64,000 nt of DNA, from positions 8,370,001 to 8,434,000 of the forward strand of contig OZ059896.1 in NCBI GenBank assembly GCA_964057225.1. Direction: 5' to 3'. The notes under the pieces were generated by a model, which saw only the letters and a program-made list of their open reading frames with translations, ran no database searches and was not told the DNA's origin. Position 1 is the first letter of the stretch, and each line of letters opens with the position of its first letter. Below, piece by piece: positions 42,956 through 57,113 of the stretch. Position numbers and translations under genes: made by a program. The DNA comes from Auanema rhodensis (lineage: Eukaryota > Animalia > Nematoda).

Positions 42956-43335
42956 ATGAGGACATTTAGGACGTGCTTGATTTTGCAAGAGGGTTTTCTT
43001 TATGGTGGAAGCAATTTTCCTTCGTGATTTCCTGTTTCCTTTGTAGGAAAGTTGAGGGTGCCAGTAATTTTTATTTTTCACAAAAGATATGAACTTCCAA
43101 ACATCTGGAGCTTCTACGATTGGGTGATCTTTTTGTTATTTTGTCTTTTACTGGGTTATTTTGGAATATTGGATTATTACCTCATACACTTTTGTAGTTT
43201 GAGTACTAGTGTGATTTCATGTAGAATCTCTTGTTTCTTTTATCTTTAGAAAGTAGCGAGAGAAAGAGCACTGGATCGTTGCTAATTGCTGTTGCTCTAA
43301 TACTGCTGTTGTGTCCTTCTGATTCGATTATCTAG
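42956..43335 (+). CDS. Tentative 94-aa membrane microprotein, 3 exons (42956-42992, 43047-43208, 43250-43335)
   Basis: GT-AG introns of 54 and 41 nt, both phase 1, give an open frame with two hydrophobic stretches. No homology recognised; could be chance. Confidence 0.25.
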
Positions 43336-46300
43336 CAAGCAACTGGCACCCTGTTGGTGGCTATGTATGTTCTTCTGCCTACTTCTGATTCGTATCTTCA
43401 TTTCTGAGAAGGCGAGCCAGGAAGGAATTTTTCACATTGATGTAACATTGATCCGTCTAAGTTAACAGAACTGAAGTCGTACAAATGTAATGTTATAACA
43501 GGTTAAAGTTTAAATCATTGGATATGTGTGAGAATCAATGATGGGCGATAACACATTACGCGTAAATACTTGATTAACAACCTTACAATCTGTGTATAAA
43601 AAGCGGTAGTCACACAATGTTGGTTATTAAGCTTGGGTTTATCAAATAAAACTGAAAAATATATTCTTTACGTTGAAATGTTTTGTGGAGTGAGACTGAA
43701 TTCTTATTTTCATACCAAATCTATTCGTCTGTGTAGCAGTCACTATTCTAGTCTGCTTGGTTTATGGCATTTATACGCAGATATTAAATATTTCGTAACT
43801 TCTTCATAATCTTCTCTCATTTTCTTTGTTAAAATTTTTAGCTATGGGGGGTAAACGTTATATAACTGCAGATTTGACCTCTCATTTGATTCCTATATAA
43901 AAGGCAGCTAAGTTTTTTGGTTTTTTGTTTTCTTCCTTTGTTTACGTATATTCCATGCAATCAACCAAAAAACTTCGAAAAACGGACGATACTCTCACTC
44001 TGAATTGAGCAAACGTCTGCAATAGGATGAAGGCGGCGTCCCTTTTGCAACATTTTTGCTTGGTATACTCCTTCATCGTCGGCAATCCCAGCTCGTTTTC
44101 CCCCTTAAATAGAGGGTGTTCATTCTTTCATTTTGCCAATTATGCCTTTTAATAATCAAGCTTTCCGATCTTTCGAGAATAAAACTAATTTTTCAACAAA
44201 AAAAAAGAAGAAAAAAACCAATTCTTCTTTACTTTTTATTTGTTCTGTCATTAACTAACTCTTGCTCTATCTTTCTCCGCTTCTCTTTGAAGCATATATG
44301 TTAGGATATCTTAGTTGTAAAGATAAAAAAATGTGTGGTTAGTCAATAAGAACGTTTTCTTACTAACAACTAAATCAAATCTAAAGTAATACAACTGAAT
44401 TTCATATATTATCTAGTCTATATGTATGTCTCTTATGCACGAGTTATCTTCACAGTTCATACATAAATGAGGTGTACCAATCTATCTCATTTTCAACTGA
44501 TATTCAATTGAATGCTACCATATTCTATATTCAATGTTGAATATATTACTATTTTTCTTATTTTTTTAGAATTAATGAATATAGAAATATAGTGAACGAA
44601 AGAATATAGAAGAAGAGAAGAGCAAAAACAGGGAGGTAACGAATCAAAGAAAGAGATAGATAAATTAGGAAAGGCTGAAAATATTAATAATACGACATTT
44701 TTGCTCAAAACATCTTTTAAAGGTTGTTTTACATTTTTCTTTTTTCTTTACTTGCGAGTATCATGAAGTTATGCCCAGATTCAGTTGCATGGCAAGGAAA
44801 TTCTGAGAATTATTCATGATCATATCTTCAGTTTGCTGACTTCTGCTTTCTCCTGTTGACAACATCCTCGTTTTTGTTACATCTGCTTAAAACCTCTTAA
44901 AGTGATTAGATATTCTAAAGATGATGGTAATGTGAAAATGGAATACAATGAATCTTGTATAAGTTTCTTTCCAAATAAGCACATGAATCAAATCTGTTGT
45001 CGTTTCATCACCATACACATAATTAATTATACATTATTAACAACAAAGTTTTTGCTAAAAAATAAAATATAATTTTTATAAAAGAAAAGTATTGTTATTA
45101 TAAAAATTTATGTTTTAATTATAATTGTAATCTTTTGAATGATCTAATAATGTTTATACATATAAAACAAATTATTATTAAATGACATGCAGATTAACTT
45201 CGTCTTTTGCAGCATCTTTTTCAATTTAGGATTTTTTTCATTCAAAATTGTATTTCAAAAAAGAGCTGTAGCAAAAAAAAAAAGAATTGAAAAGACAATC
45301 GTGTAACTTGGTTGAATCAATTCTAACGATATCTATTGCTCAGTTTAACTGATATGTATATATATGTATGTGTATCCTTCTTCTTTCCTCATAATAAATT
45401 CAATTAAATAAATTCTATATAATTTCTATAAATTAACAGCAAAGCTCAAAACTAAAATTCTGAACATTGATAAATTTTCTTTGATATTCTCGGAACAGAA
45501 TTATTAAGGACTTATATGTTTACTTGGCGATCCAGCAAAAGCTTAGTGAAGTTTGGTTCTATACTCCTACACTCTATTATTTTTCATTTTATTACTCATG
45601 CATTATTCTACAATCACAACATATTTTATATATATATTCATATTCATTTTTTTTATTTTAATTCCGTTTTATTTAATAAATTCTTAGAAATCTTTCCTAT
45701 ATGTGATACCTTGTCATAATTTTTGAAACAAAAAAAAAAGCAAAGAAATAGGAATAACCAAGCCGGCCAACTCTGCTTTCAATGAAGAATTTTAGCCGTA
45801 GGCTGCCATGTGCAAGGATAAGAACTCTCTTGGATTATACATATTTGCCCTCCGGGCAATGCCAATATTATTTGATAATCCAGCGAGCTCTAATATAAAA
45901 TTCACCCAGCATTCACGACTTCTTCGTCAGTATTTCTTTTCTGGTTTAATATTCACAATACTATAGGTACTAGTTATATTATTCAGTAATACATCCTGAC
46001 TTACTTCACTATTAACTATTTCATTGTCTAACAATAGTATTTAAGCTCCAAAAAATTAGATAATATTCAGATAATTAAGTTTACTGATGGGATTATACGG
46101 TCTGAACCTGTCACAAAAGTTCTAGTATTTTAATAGAATAACAATTATGGCACTATATTAACAGTGAATACTACAATCGCACAAGCTTATGGTACATATT
46201 ATTTATTTCTTCTAACTCCTCTTGTCAGATTAAAAACTTTGTAAGTTGGTATTACGTTAAGCAAAGATTAAATAATGAGCTTAGATGAAGTAGGTACAAA

Positions 46301-49300
46301 AATATTTTTGGAAAAAGAATTCGTTTGAAAAGATAAAAGACGGGCATCATGAAATTCTATCTGAATATGTGATGACGAGGTTATCAGAATTCATTTTCAT
46401 CCTTTGATTTCGTGAAAGTATGATCCTTTTTTTGCCGGAAATATACGTTGTTATGATAAAAAGATGCAGCATCTATCCAATCTAGCTTCTGTATTTCTAA
46501 TATCTACATGATAGGGTTTCATGTATTTAACATTCTAGCTTTAACTCATTTGTTTGTGCTCCGAATGACCAGGCGAGTGAGCTGCAAATAGTAATTCATA
46601 TTGTGTTACAAAGCTATTTTTCTTATACTTTACTTCTTCTCTCTATTTCTCTTATTTTCACAATATATTTTCATCATTTTTTTGTGTAATTTCGATCCTT
46701 TTCAAGTCATACTGCCTGCAATTAAATAATTCCCATAGCTATTAGCCTGGCCTCTTGATGAGCATCAGCAGCAGGGTGGACTCGAGGAGAAAAAAAGGAG
46801 GAATAGATACAGATAAGCTTTGTCTTTATTTCATTACTTTATCCGTCACAATCGCATTTTTTACTTATCTGACTGTTACTACTTTCTTTTCTTTCTTTGG
46901 GTGTTCACGATGATTATATAGATATTCTTATGTTGCTTCTTTTCCACATTCACTCATTAGCATTTACCTAACTAAAATTTTGAATAGTGTTTCCTTCATG
47001 AATCTTTTCTAGACTCAAATATTGGATTTTCGCTCTTGAGCTGAAGCTTAGTTCCTACATATGTTGCAATGATGATTGGGGGAAAGGTAAAAGAAACTTG
47101 TTTGTTTTACCAACAAGAAATAGAGATTTGAATTACAAATCCCATTTTCAAGACGCTTAAACTGTCTCTTACTCTATACAAGTGAGCAGCAAAAATAAAA
47201 GTTTCTATAGATGAAAGTAGGGTTGGTTTGATACAGATACGCTAGTCTTTATATTAGAATTGGTGCGAAAATGAACTTTTGGTTCAGACAACGGCTATTT
47301 CCTATTTCGTTTCGTTTTTGCACTATATTCTCTTACTAGTATATACTCTCTATTCTTTGCATCTTTTATTCTCTCGTTTTGCATTCTCTTGTTCCCCTTT
47401 TCTGTCATTAGCGCTTTCTGTTGAGGAATGAGGGTGGAAGACCGAGAAGCAAAGTGGTTGAGGTGGTCAGGCTTTGTCTCTCATCCACCCTCAACACACT
47501 TTTCTCCACCTTCTAACCTCGCCCAGCTTTTCTCTCCGACATACCACCCCCTCACTCTCTATGAATCATTATTCTCACATAACTTCTCTTGTGATTATCT
47601 GCTCAAAGTATAACCAGAGACAGGTCACATCAACTGATAGACGGACTAGTGAGAGGATCAGAAAGCTAAGGTCAAAGTTATTACAACGGAAATGCTCTTG
47701 AATGATATAATAGTATATGAATAGAATGTATAATTAACTTACTTTATCAATTTACACAATCTGTTTCATTATGAAAAGATATTTATATTCATATTGAACT
47801 ATTCTTTCAAATATTTTTCATTTGAAACTTTTAATTGAAATTTGCTAGTTTATAATACATCACTTGTTCTTCATTTTTTCATCTTTCACATGTGAAGCTT
47901 TTGCATTTATATATTTTCTATTGCATCACTTGATCTATTGTCTTATACTTTTAATTTTTCTTTATTTTTCCTTAATTTTACTTGCTCATTATTTCAATCT
48001 TTTCTCTTCTAATTATCTATAGTACATGAATTTCCTATCAATTTTATTCTTTTTTTATTCTTTTTCTAAATGGTTTTGGTGAGTTTTAATGAAATTAACT
48101 CACGTATTTTCTCATGATGTTATATGAAATCTTGAGAATATATCTAAATATATCTATCTATCTATCTATCTATCCATCTATCTATATATATATATTTGAG
48201 CAGAAAATGAATTTTTTGAGCAATTGTTATTTATATTTTCTCAAATTCTCATTTCATATCTCATCATTCATCCAAAATCTCATCACTGTTCAAATTATTC
48301 ATATTTTCACCTATTTTTATGAATTTTGAGCCATATTACTTGAAATTTATTAGATATAAATATAGTATATCAATATATTTAGATAAATATATAATATAAG
48401 TATTTGTATATCAGCCATATCGTATTCAATTATTTTCAAATGTAGCACATTGATCCAAGCTTGTGAAAACGTTTCTATCTAGTAGGGGATTCCTGTTTTT
48501 GTTTTTAGATTAAGATTACCGTTTTTTATATTCTCTTTATTGTTTTGTTTTACTTTTAATTAATTTATTTATGTATACATATATTTTTTTTTATTTGTTA
48601 CATCTAATCATCTATTACTTTTTTTTGTTCTTTTTCCTTTTTTTTCATGTAAGATTATGATGTTGTCATGGGCGATTAATATCTTATTCTTTCATTCTTT
48701 CAATTGTGTTTTATTAAAGTTTTGATCCATAATATGAAATAACAAGAAAATCATCTATTTAAGCTGAATTTTTGCTTAATATGATACATCTATCTATCTA
48801 ACTATATACATATATAGTATATATATATCTATGTATATGTATATCAAATACGTTGTTATGCATAAATTTAAAAAAAATTTTTAAAGTTAAGTTAAAGCTA
48901 CGTAATGCTTAACTATGTGATCAAACATTTTCATTTACGTTTATATATTAACTATATATTTGAAGATATAATATATTTATTAATACTAATATCTGAATTA
49001 AAACTTAAAAATAAAGTCATCGAACAGATATTCTGAAAATCAAACTTATTTATATTGTTCATTAAGGCTTAAATTCGTTTAAATAGTACTCGTACTTCTG
49101 TACTTTTTGCTTATTATTCAAAATATTCATATTTCTATATATGTATATGAGTATTTCAACGTGAATATTATAGTTTAAACTATGAAATTATTATTGAAAA
49201 AAAAAGATATAGATATATTGATATGCGCATAGCTTTCAATAACTATATCCGGCTAATCCTTCCAGCTTTTTCCTATTTCCCACCTTATTATTATCGTCAG

Positions 49301-50826
49301 CTGATCAGAGATAACTTTCTGTTCAAGGCTTCACTTATCTAGCTCATCATGTATATTAGATTTATGTTATAATTTTCACTTATAGTAATAATGTACTATC
49401 TACCATATAGTATTTACTTTATTTTTTATATATTTTCCATTTCCTTTTTATTCTACTCTATTGCTTTCCAATCAACAACTAAAGTTGCTTTTAGAATGAT
49501 TTTATGCTCTATGATTTTTCTTTCGTTTCTGTCTCTTTTTTTTTCTTGATTTTAAACTTTGAGCATTATTTATTATTAAATTTAATATAAATTATAATTG
49601 ATTCTAACAGTTTAATACTTATATACTTACACTTAACATTAATACTTAATTAATTTTATTTCAATAATTCTCAATGATTTTTCAACTCTGTTTGTCTATT
49701 ATCGCTATTATGTTTCAAGTGAACTGTATTAAATTGAATTACTTTGGTTCAATATTTCCAATCTGACGATGAAGAAAATTAAAAAAAAAATTTTATTGCA
49801 ACCGGAAGGTTTCTCTACGATTCCTTTTTTCAAACGATTTCTGTTATATCATTCCAATTAGAAAGATTTTTCTGATTTCTGTTCGACTAAACTTTAATTA
49901 TATCACCATATTTGATTCTATTTCGTTTTCTATTTAATCTGTTTGAAAGGATTATCGTTATACACTCCCAATTCCTATATACTTTTAATATCATAACTGA
50001 ATGTTTCTTCTATATTTCAAAGTATTTATCATAAAGAAATTTCAAAAAGGATTATAACATTTTTTTATTTGTACGATGAGGAAGAAGATCTTTCAATTAT
50101 ACGCGAATTCTCCTCTAATTTTCGAAGAGACGAAGACAAATTGACTAAGCAATACAAAACTTCTACATTTTGCCATCGCAAGGTCCCATTATTAGTCTTA
50201 TAAACAAGATTTAGCTAATTTTTTTTCTAGTTCGTAGCACTAATGAACTAAAAACGAAGTTTTAACACTCGGACATTCAATTTTCCGATCTTTTTGTTCA
50301 TGTGTTGTACCTTTTTTACTATAATATTTCTAAATTCGTCTTTTTGTTTCCGATCAAGATAAGTCCTTATCCAAAAATAAGCTTTCAGTTAAAGTCATGT
50401 TTACCTAGCAATTTGAGACGAATCTATATTTCTACTCTACAAGCTAATCCTCAATTTCAAATATCTACGTTTTGTTCATATGTTTCAAAATTATTAATAT
50501 TTTCACAAAGCTTACATCTAGATTAACTATTTTCATTATGTATTTTCACATATTCTTCTCATCATTTGAATAAAATTATCAGTTTTTCGAATATCGAAAT
50601 GGTACTTTATCATCCTCAATCAGAGACATATTCTTAAATCTGTTATATTTCTTTCTTCTTCTTGTTTACCTCGTATTTTCCATGTTCTCTTACATTTCTT
50701 TATCATTAAGGAGTATATTGATTTTTTTTCTCAATTTCGATAACTATAATTTAATTAATATTTTATATTTTTATCTATATTGTAATCCTAAAATTCAATT
50801 TCTAAAAAGATGTGTTTTTCGAAGAG

Positions 50827-50845
50827 ACACACACACACACACACA
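50827..50845. repeat. (CA)n microsatellite
   Basis: Perfect AC run. Confidence 0.85.
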
Positions 50846-51627
50846 TTAACTTGAAGCTATATTCTCAATGTAATTCCTAGTTCATGTTCCAATTTCATTT
50901 TTTCCATTTTCCATTTTTATAATTATATATTATTTATCTATCAAGATTATCCGAATAACTAAAAATGTATAAAATATATGTATACATAATACACACACAT
51001 ATATATCTATATATACATATTTATAACATAATCAAATAATTTAATACTTTTCTTCAACTTTTAGCGTTAATACAGCAGATTTTGAAAAAAGAATAGTTAT
51101 CAACCAGATGACCATAATGATGTCATTTTCATTTTTCAATTTTATTATATTTAACCTATTCTTATCAATAAATTTCTGAAGACCTTGAATTTAAAAAGAA
51201 AAAAAATATTTTTAGAAACTTCATATGTATATGCTTAAGCATATTGCGATTTGTTAATTTTTTTTTTCATAATTAAAGTTTTGATTACTAAATTATTACT
51301 ATATATATGTGTATATAAATATATTTGTAGACATACATACTATGTATGTATAGTGTATGTGGGTGTTAATTAATTTATTTTTTAAGTTAAAGAAATATTA
51401 ATATGATATATGTATGTATGTATATGTGTAGACTCATTTCTATTTAATCATATATATATATATATACATGTATGTATGTATATGCATGTGAGTAGTACTT
51501 CCAATTGCTATATTTTTCTATTTTTTTTTGATTCTTATAATATTTTTTTAATTTTAATTTTTAAATATTATTTATTAATTTTATTTTTATTTACAGAACT
51601 TTTACTAAGTAATCAAATAGTTCTATT

Positions 51628-51670
51628 CTACTACTACTACTACTACTATCTATCTATCTATCTATCTATA
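51628..51670. repeat. Compound (CTA)n-(CTAT)n microsatellite
   Basis: ctactactac... grading into ctatctatctat. Confidence 0.85.
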
Positions 51671-51731
51671 AATTGGATATTAAACATATTAGAATTATGA
51701 GCTTGACATTAGACATCAACTGTTTGTCCTT

Positions 51732-51812
51732 ATGAAGTTCCGTTCAATTGCTTTATCTTTACGCGTTTTCGGCGTAAAGCGAAATCGACAACAGCCTGTT
51801 CCAAACGATGAG
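51732..51812 (+). CDS. Candidate first coding exon (MKFRSIALSLRVFGVKRNRQQPVPNDE) of a gene extending beyond the window
   Basis: GC-enriched island, 27 codons, ending at a strong phase-0 donor GAG|GTATGT. Confidence 0.45.
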
Positions 51813-53624
51813 GTATGTTCATTTCTTAATAATAATTAAAATATTCAAAAATTGCTTCCTTTTTCCTATATTCTTGAAATCTAAGCTGAGAATTTATAAT
51901 TATTTTTTGCTACAATTTATTATTCATGTGAAAAGTATATCATTAAGAAGAATCTGTTTCCAAAATTTGCTTAGAAAGATCAATTTTTTGAGATTAAGTC
52001 TTCAATTTATTTTTTTGCAATTGGGCTAAATATATATTTTTTTAACTTATAATAATATAATATAAAATATATTTAATCATTTATTAATAAAATTTAAAAT
52101 GTCAAGAAGTAACATTTCAAATAGTTAAGTATAGATTATTTTTTATTTTAAATTCTAGTATATATAATATTATTTTAATTTAAAATACATATGTATTTCA
52201 AATTAAAATAATAATAACAATAATACATTTCTTCATTTTAATCAAATAATGATAAAGAGTAATAACAATTGTTGTAACAAATATTTGAAACTATATCAGT
52301 GTATAGTCTGTCTCGCATCTTGAAAATGTCTAGATAGCCGAAGTCTGATGGGAAGGGGGGGGGGTAGCCCAGCCGCAATCAACGTCATCTTTTCAACTCC
52401 ATCCGACCTCTACGTTGTCTACGACTGTGAATACCATAAACACGAAACGTCACATTCCTGTTTCAGTCGTTTTCTCTCTGTCTCTCCTCTTCCCCTCGAT
52501 TTCTTTCTTTTACTTTATCTATCTCAACTATGTCTTTGCTAACCAACACGCAGTTGGTGCTGGCAACATTCCTCTTACAACTTCTCCAAGTTCTGTTTCT
52601 TCTTTAACAATCCCTCTTCACCTATTGTTCCAATCGTTGTACATACATTCATACATATGTATGTACATAAGCATTTACCATTCCTGTAGTTGTTTCAATA
52701 CTTTTATCCAGATTTCTATATACATAGATGCTATGGATAACACTTTTTATTTCAAAAACATCCCTATATTCCATGTAGACTAACGTTTAATAATTGATAG
52801 ATCATGTTTAAACCGAGATATATATTATATTTTCTGATAAACCTAGTTCATTTTCAATGAGACTTACTTACTTGTATCAAGTTCTTTTCCAGAATTATAT
52901 ATTTCATCTTCCCTCTTTTAAACTTGTTATATCTTTTGCTTTTTTCTTTTTTTAACATTAGTTGAATAAGATTTTGAATTAGCATTTACCACCATTAATG
53001 TGTTCAATCTCAAAAAAACTGAACTTTGAAGTTATAAAAAGATTCCATGAAGCATGCATTGTACTGGTATTATGAATAGCCTTTTTCCTTTTTTTATGAG
53101 TTAGCTTCATATATAGTTGTAGAAAGCTTAGTTTAAATCTATTCAATTCTTTCTTTTTTACTTCAAGAAATGGACCAGATAAAACTAGTCCGTTGTGACC
53201 TCGTGAACTCATCCACATACTCTTTAAACTTTTAGTTCTACTTATGTATATTCGAATTATAAAAAAAAGAACATTTAAAAGAGATTTTATTGTTCTATTC
53301 CTTAATCACTAACAATGCCTGAATGTGATGACTTTTTTTGACACAAAAACTTTCGTTGAATCATAATTCTCTTTCAATTTAATGTATAACTATATTAGTA
53401 GGCTTAGTAAAAAAAAGCTTACTTGATTCACTTTTAGCTTATTTTCAAAAAAAAAAAAGAGAAGTTTTGAATAAAATCAGCTAGTTATCTGATATCATGA
53501 CAAACGTTATTCCTGAAGATAGAGGAAACATTCTGCATTTTCTTTTTTTTCCAAATTCTCGAAAACAAATAAGTGATAGTCTTATAAAGTAAGAAAGGGT
53601 AAAGCGGTTAAGATAAGAAAAAGT

Positions 53625-54052
53625 TCCCTTGGGAATATGTTTAAGGACACGTGTCTAGTAGGCTGTTTCACTATTTTCAGCATAAACATGACATCCGATT
53701 TTTCTAGTCAGACGACATATTTAGCTTTTCACACATCGAAATCTCTAAATTTACTAAATTTGAAAGGAAAAAGAAAGTTTAAGTTAAATAACGGCTGACT
53801 GCTTCTTTTGCTATTCTATCCAGAGTCAACTGCATGAGTTCAACGAAGAAAAAGGAAGAAAATTTAAGAAAAAAACCTAAAAAGAGTGCATCTAAAGTTT
53901 TTTAGACGGTCTTCAAAACTGTGGTTTAGTGAGATTTTTGAAAACTTTTTTCTCTTCTCTTTTTCATCTTCTTGTCTATCGTCGGTGAGTCGCCCCAGGG
54001 GAGCTCACTAAGGGTGCGATGCCCGGCGGGGCCAATTAGCTACTGGTCCAAT
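53625..54052. promoter_or_regulatory. Promoter/enhancer island with COE (UNC-3/EBF) motifs
   Basis: Perfect TCCCTTGGGA at 53625-53634; CCCCAGGGGA at 53993-54002 flanked by a GTGAG/CTCAC dyad; two CCAAT motifs just downstream. Confidence 0.5.
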
Positions 54053-54471
54053 GCATCTGGAGAACCACGAAAACGAAGAGCTGGTTCAGACCTACCCTTT
54101 CATCTATTTTCTCTTTCACTCTCTTTTTCTCTTTAAATTCGCCACATACATTCAAAAGAGAGGACAAGCGACAGAGAACCATATAAAAGAGAAAGAGTGA
54201 GAGGCGGAGATTGGAAAAGCCGTTGAGAGCCACATGCTCACACATACACACATACACACTGGGCGACAACAACTTGTTCACCCAGTTCGATCCTAAAACA
54301 GCTTTGGGTATTTCAATTCTTTCTATCTCATAGGTTGCTTGTGTGTCTGAATATTAAGTCAACCCAGTAAAGCACAATCATCAACCATTCATTCTAAATT
54401 GCTCAACTTACTTGTATTTGTATTCACTTCGCTGCACAACATCAGCCAAAATCAGTACCATATCGTCTATT

Positions 54472-54570
54472 ATGGTACGGCCACCACGAGCAACTGGCTC
54501 AGGCTCAGTTGTTGGGGCTGGCCTTCTCGAAGTTTGTGATCAATCTATGTGTATTTACTATTCAACACAG
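54472..54570 (+). CDS. Candidate first coding exon (MVRPPRATGSGSVVGAGLLEVCDQSMCIYYSTQ) of a gene extending beyond the window
   Basis: GC-rich, 33 codons, strong phase-0 donor CAG|GTTAGT; upstream acceptor-like ctcatag ending at 54333 and a promoter-like island at 53980-54290. Confidence 0.55.
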
Positions 54571-56054
54571 GTTAGTATGAACTTCCTATTTATATAATTT
54601 CTAATTGAACATCATTTACAAGAAGTTATTTTTCATTTATTACTTTCTAAACTAAATCATATAGTTAAATATGATTTAGTAGATAACAATGAATAAAACA
54701 GTGATTTCCAAAAGATTTAGCTATCGAGAAATTCTTCCTATTTGATAATGAATTATCATTCTTCTGCTTATCTCAATTTTTGTACCAATCTTTTGCTTCC
54801 TCAAGCTAAGAACAATGACAGTGAGCATAGCATACATACAAATTTCTCTTTCAATGTCCCATATCAGTACTTCCTTTTATTTCTTTTAATATTTTCCTTT
54901 ACTTTTAAAAAAATTTAATTTAAGATTATTATTATCAATATACAATCAAATATTATTTCTATCCAAACGTCACTTTCATCTATTCAATGATGCTATTTAT
55001 CATTTTTGTACTATTCACCTATAATTTTAAAAATAATAGTAAAAGTCTTTAAACCTAACAACTTTATGATTTTTTAAAATTTTTAACTAATTTATCTTCA
55101 AAAACTTTTGTTAATTCGTTTTTAGATTTTTTTCTAATTTTCCATGAATAACTTAATATAAGCTGTTCAGTTTTAAATATAATTATGACAGCATTCACGT
55201 GAGAACAATCTGATCAATTTGTCTTTTACTTGCTCAAAAGTTTTTTTTTGTTGTTACTTTGTTTTGAATCTTATCATCTATGTATATTTTCTAATAGTTT
55301 ATAGAGATGATACATTCATGAAACCGAGCAAAACTGGTAAATACGAAACGATGTCGAGTTATATCCTTTGCCCTCTCAAACTCCAGTTTTATCTACATGT
55401 AACCATGTTTTCTGAAGCCATGTAATCTTTTTCTTTAGTATTTGTTATAGCTTTTGAACATGTTTTCTCATTTTTGTTTCTTCTTTATATATCTTTATCA
55501 TTTGTCAAAGACAAAGAACCTGCAAAAGTATATCCAGTCACTTTCATTAAGAACATAACAACAGTATCTATCAATGTACAAAAGTATGTATGTGTATAGC
55601 TCAGTTGTATGTATATTATAATTTTTATTTTATAAAACTAATATATTAATCTTTCTTTTTTGTTATTTTATATATTCTTATTCAAATTATTATTTTCTAT
55701 AATAATTATCAAATTTATAATTAAAGTATAACTTACAAAAGATTTGTAAAAGTTGTTTAAATTTTAATTCAAATGAAATGAATACGAAAAATATGATTTT
55801 CTTAACTTTCTTCTTCAAAATTCTCATATCATTTATATAAAAATGATAATGATTCTTAATTTTTAACCTGTTTATGTAATGATGTATGCAATATGATCAG
55901 CATTCTCGCGCTGATTTTTGATGTTAATTCATATGTACACGTGAAAATTAGACGTGTAGGGTGTATTTTCATTTAGCTAAATTCCAGCATATAGAACGGT
56001 TGTTCATGTCACTCAAGATCTATTTCTCTCTTCACTGACATCATCATACTTCAT

Positions 56055-56109
<55 letters not shown>

Positions 56110-56198
56110 TCTCTCTCTCTCTCTCTTTTCCTCTTCCTTTCTCTCTCTCTTTCTCTCTTTCTCTCTCTCTCTCTCTATCTCTCTATCTATATATCTCT
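56055..56198. repeat. Long imperfect (CT)n polypyrimidine tract
   Basis: About 140 nt almost entirely C/T on the plus strand. Confidence 0.95.
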
Positions 56199-56853
56199 TT
56201 GAATTATTTTTCCTATTTCGTTTAGTTTCATCATATCTCTCTTATCGTAAAAATTTATCTCATCCTCGGACTACAACAGGCCAATGCTTATAGTACGTAT
56301 AGCTATGATTTCCAGACAGAAGTTATGCGTAATGAATAGAAGATAAATAGAAACAAACAGATTCACACCATATAGACATACATACATTGAATATCTTTAT
56401 GATTATTAAAGTCAATTTTCGTTCTTAATCTTTAATTCTCTCTCACTCTTTTCACATTCCTTCATTTCACGTTGCCCTTATTACAATTTTATAATTTATT
56501 CTTTATGACTGTCCCATTCACATTAAATATAGTTAAATGTTTCCTTCACAACATGAAAGTTTTTGAAATAAGAAATGATTCTTATTCTTACTTCTCTTTG
56601 TCTTTCATCAAATTTTTTTTTCTTCAATTTTTGTTCTATCTTTAACCATCTCGCACACATTGTTTTACTACAGTTATTGTAGATCCTCAATATATTTGTA
56701 TCTAAAACATCATATAGTATATACTATATGTTAGATTATAGATTAATAATTAATATATTTTATTATAAAATTAATACCTAATACTATCTCTCATGCATCC
56801 TCCCTCTCCTACTTTAGTACATAGATTATCGACCCAACCATTAGCTATTGGAA

Positions 56854-56904
56854 TGATGACGATGACAACGTCAACCACGATGATGATGATGATGATGATG
56901 ATGA
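56854..56904. repeat. (GAT)n/(GAC)n trinucleotide repeat
   Basis: gatgatgatgatgatgatgatgac run. Confidence 0.85.
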
Positions 56905-57089
56905 CACTCTAACACTACCCGCTTTCTACCATCAACAACCGTTCAATATAGAAACAGTTCTGTAACCGATCATATACATACCTGCAGTTTGAACAATCAT
57001 CCTCTCGTTTTTGTTCTCTTTGTTCAAAGAAGTCTTTCTCATTGTTGACGTAAACGAAATCATCTCGTGTTCTTTCAGCAAGAATTTGA

Positions 57090-57113
57090 TATATATATAT
57101 ATATATATATATA
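57090..57113. repeat. (TA)n microsatellite
   Basis: Perfect TA run. Confidence 0.9.
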
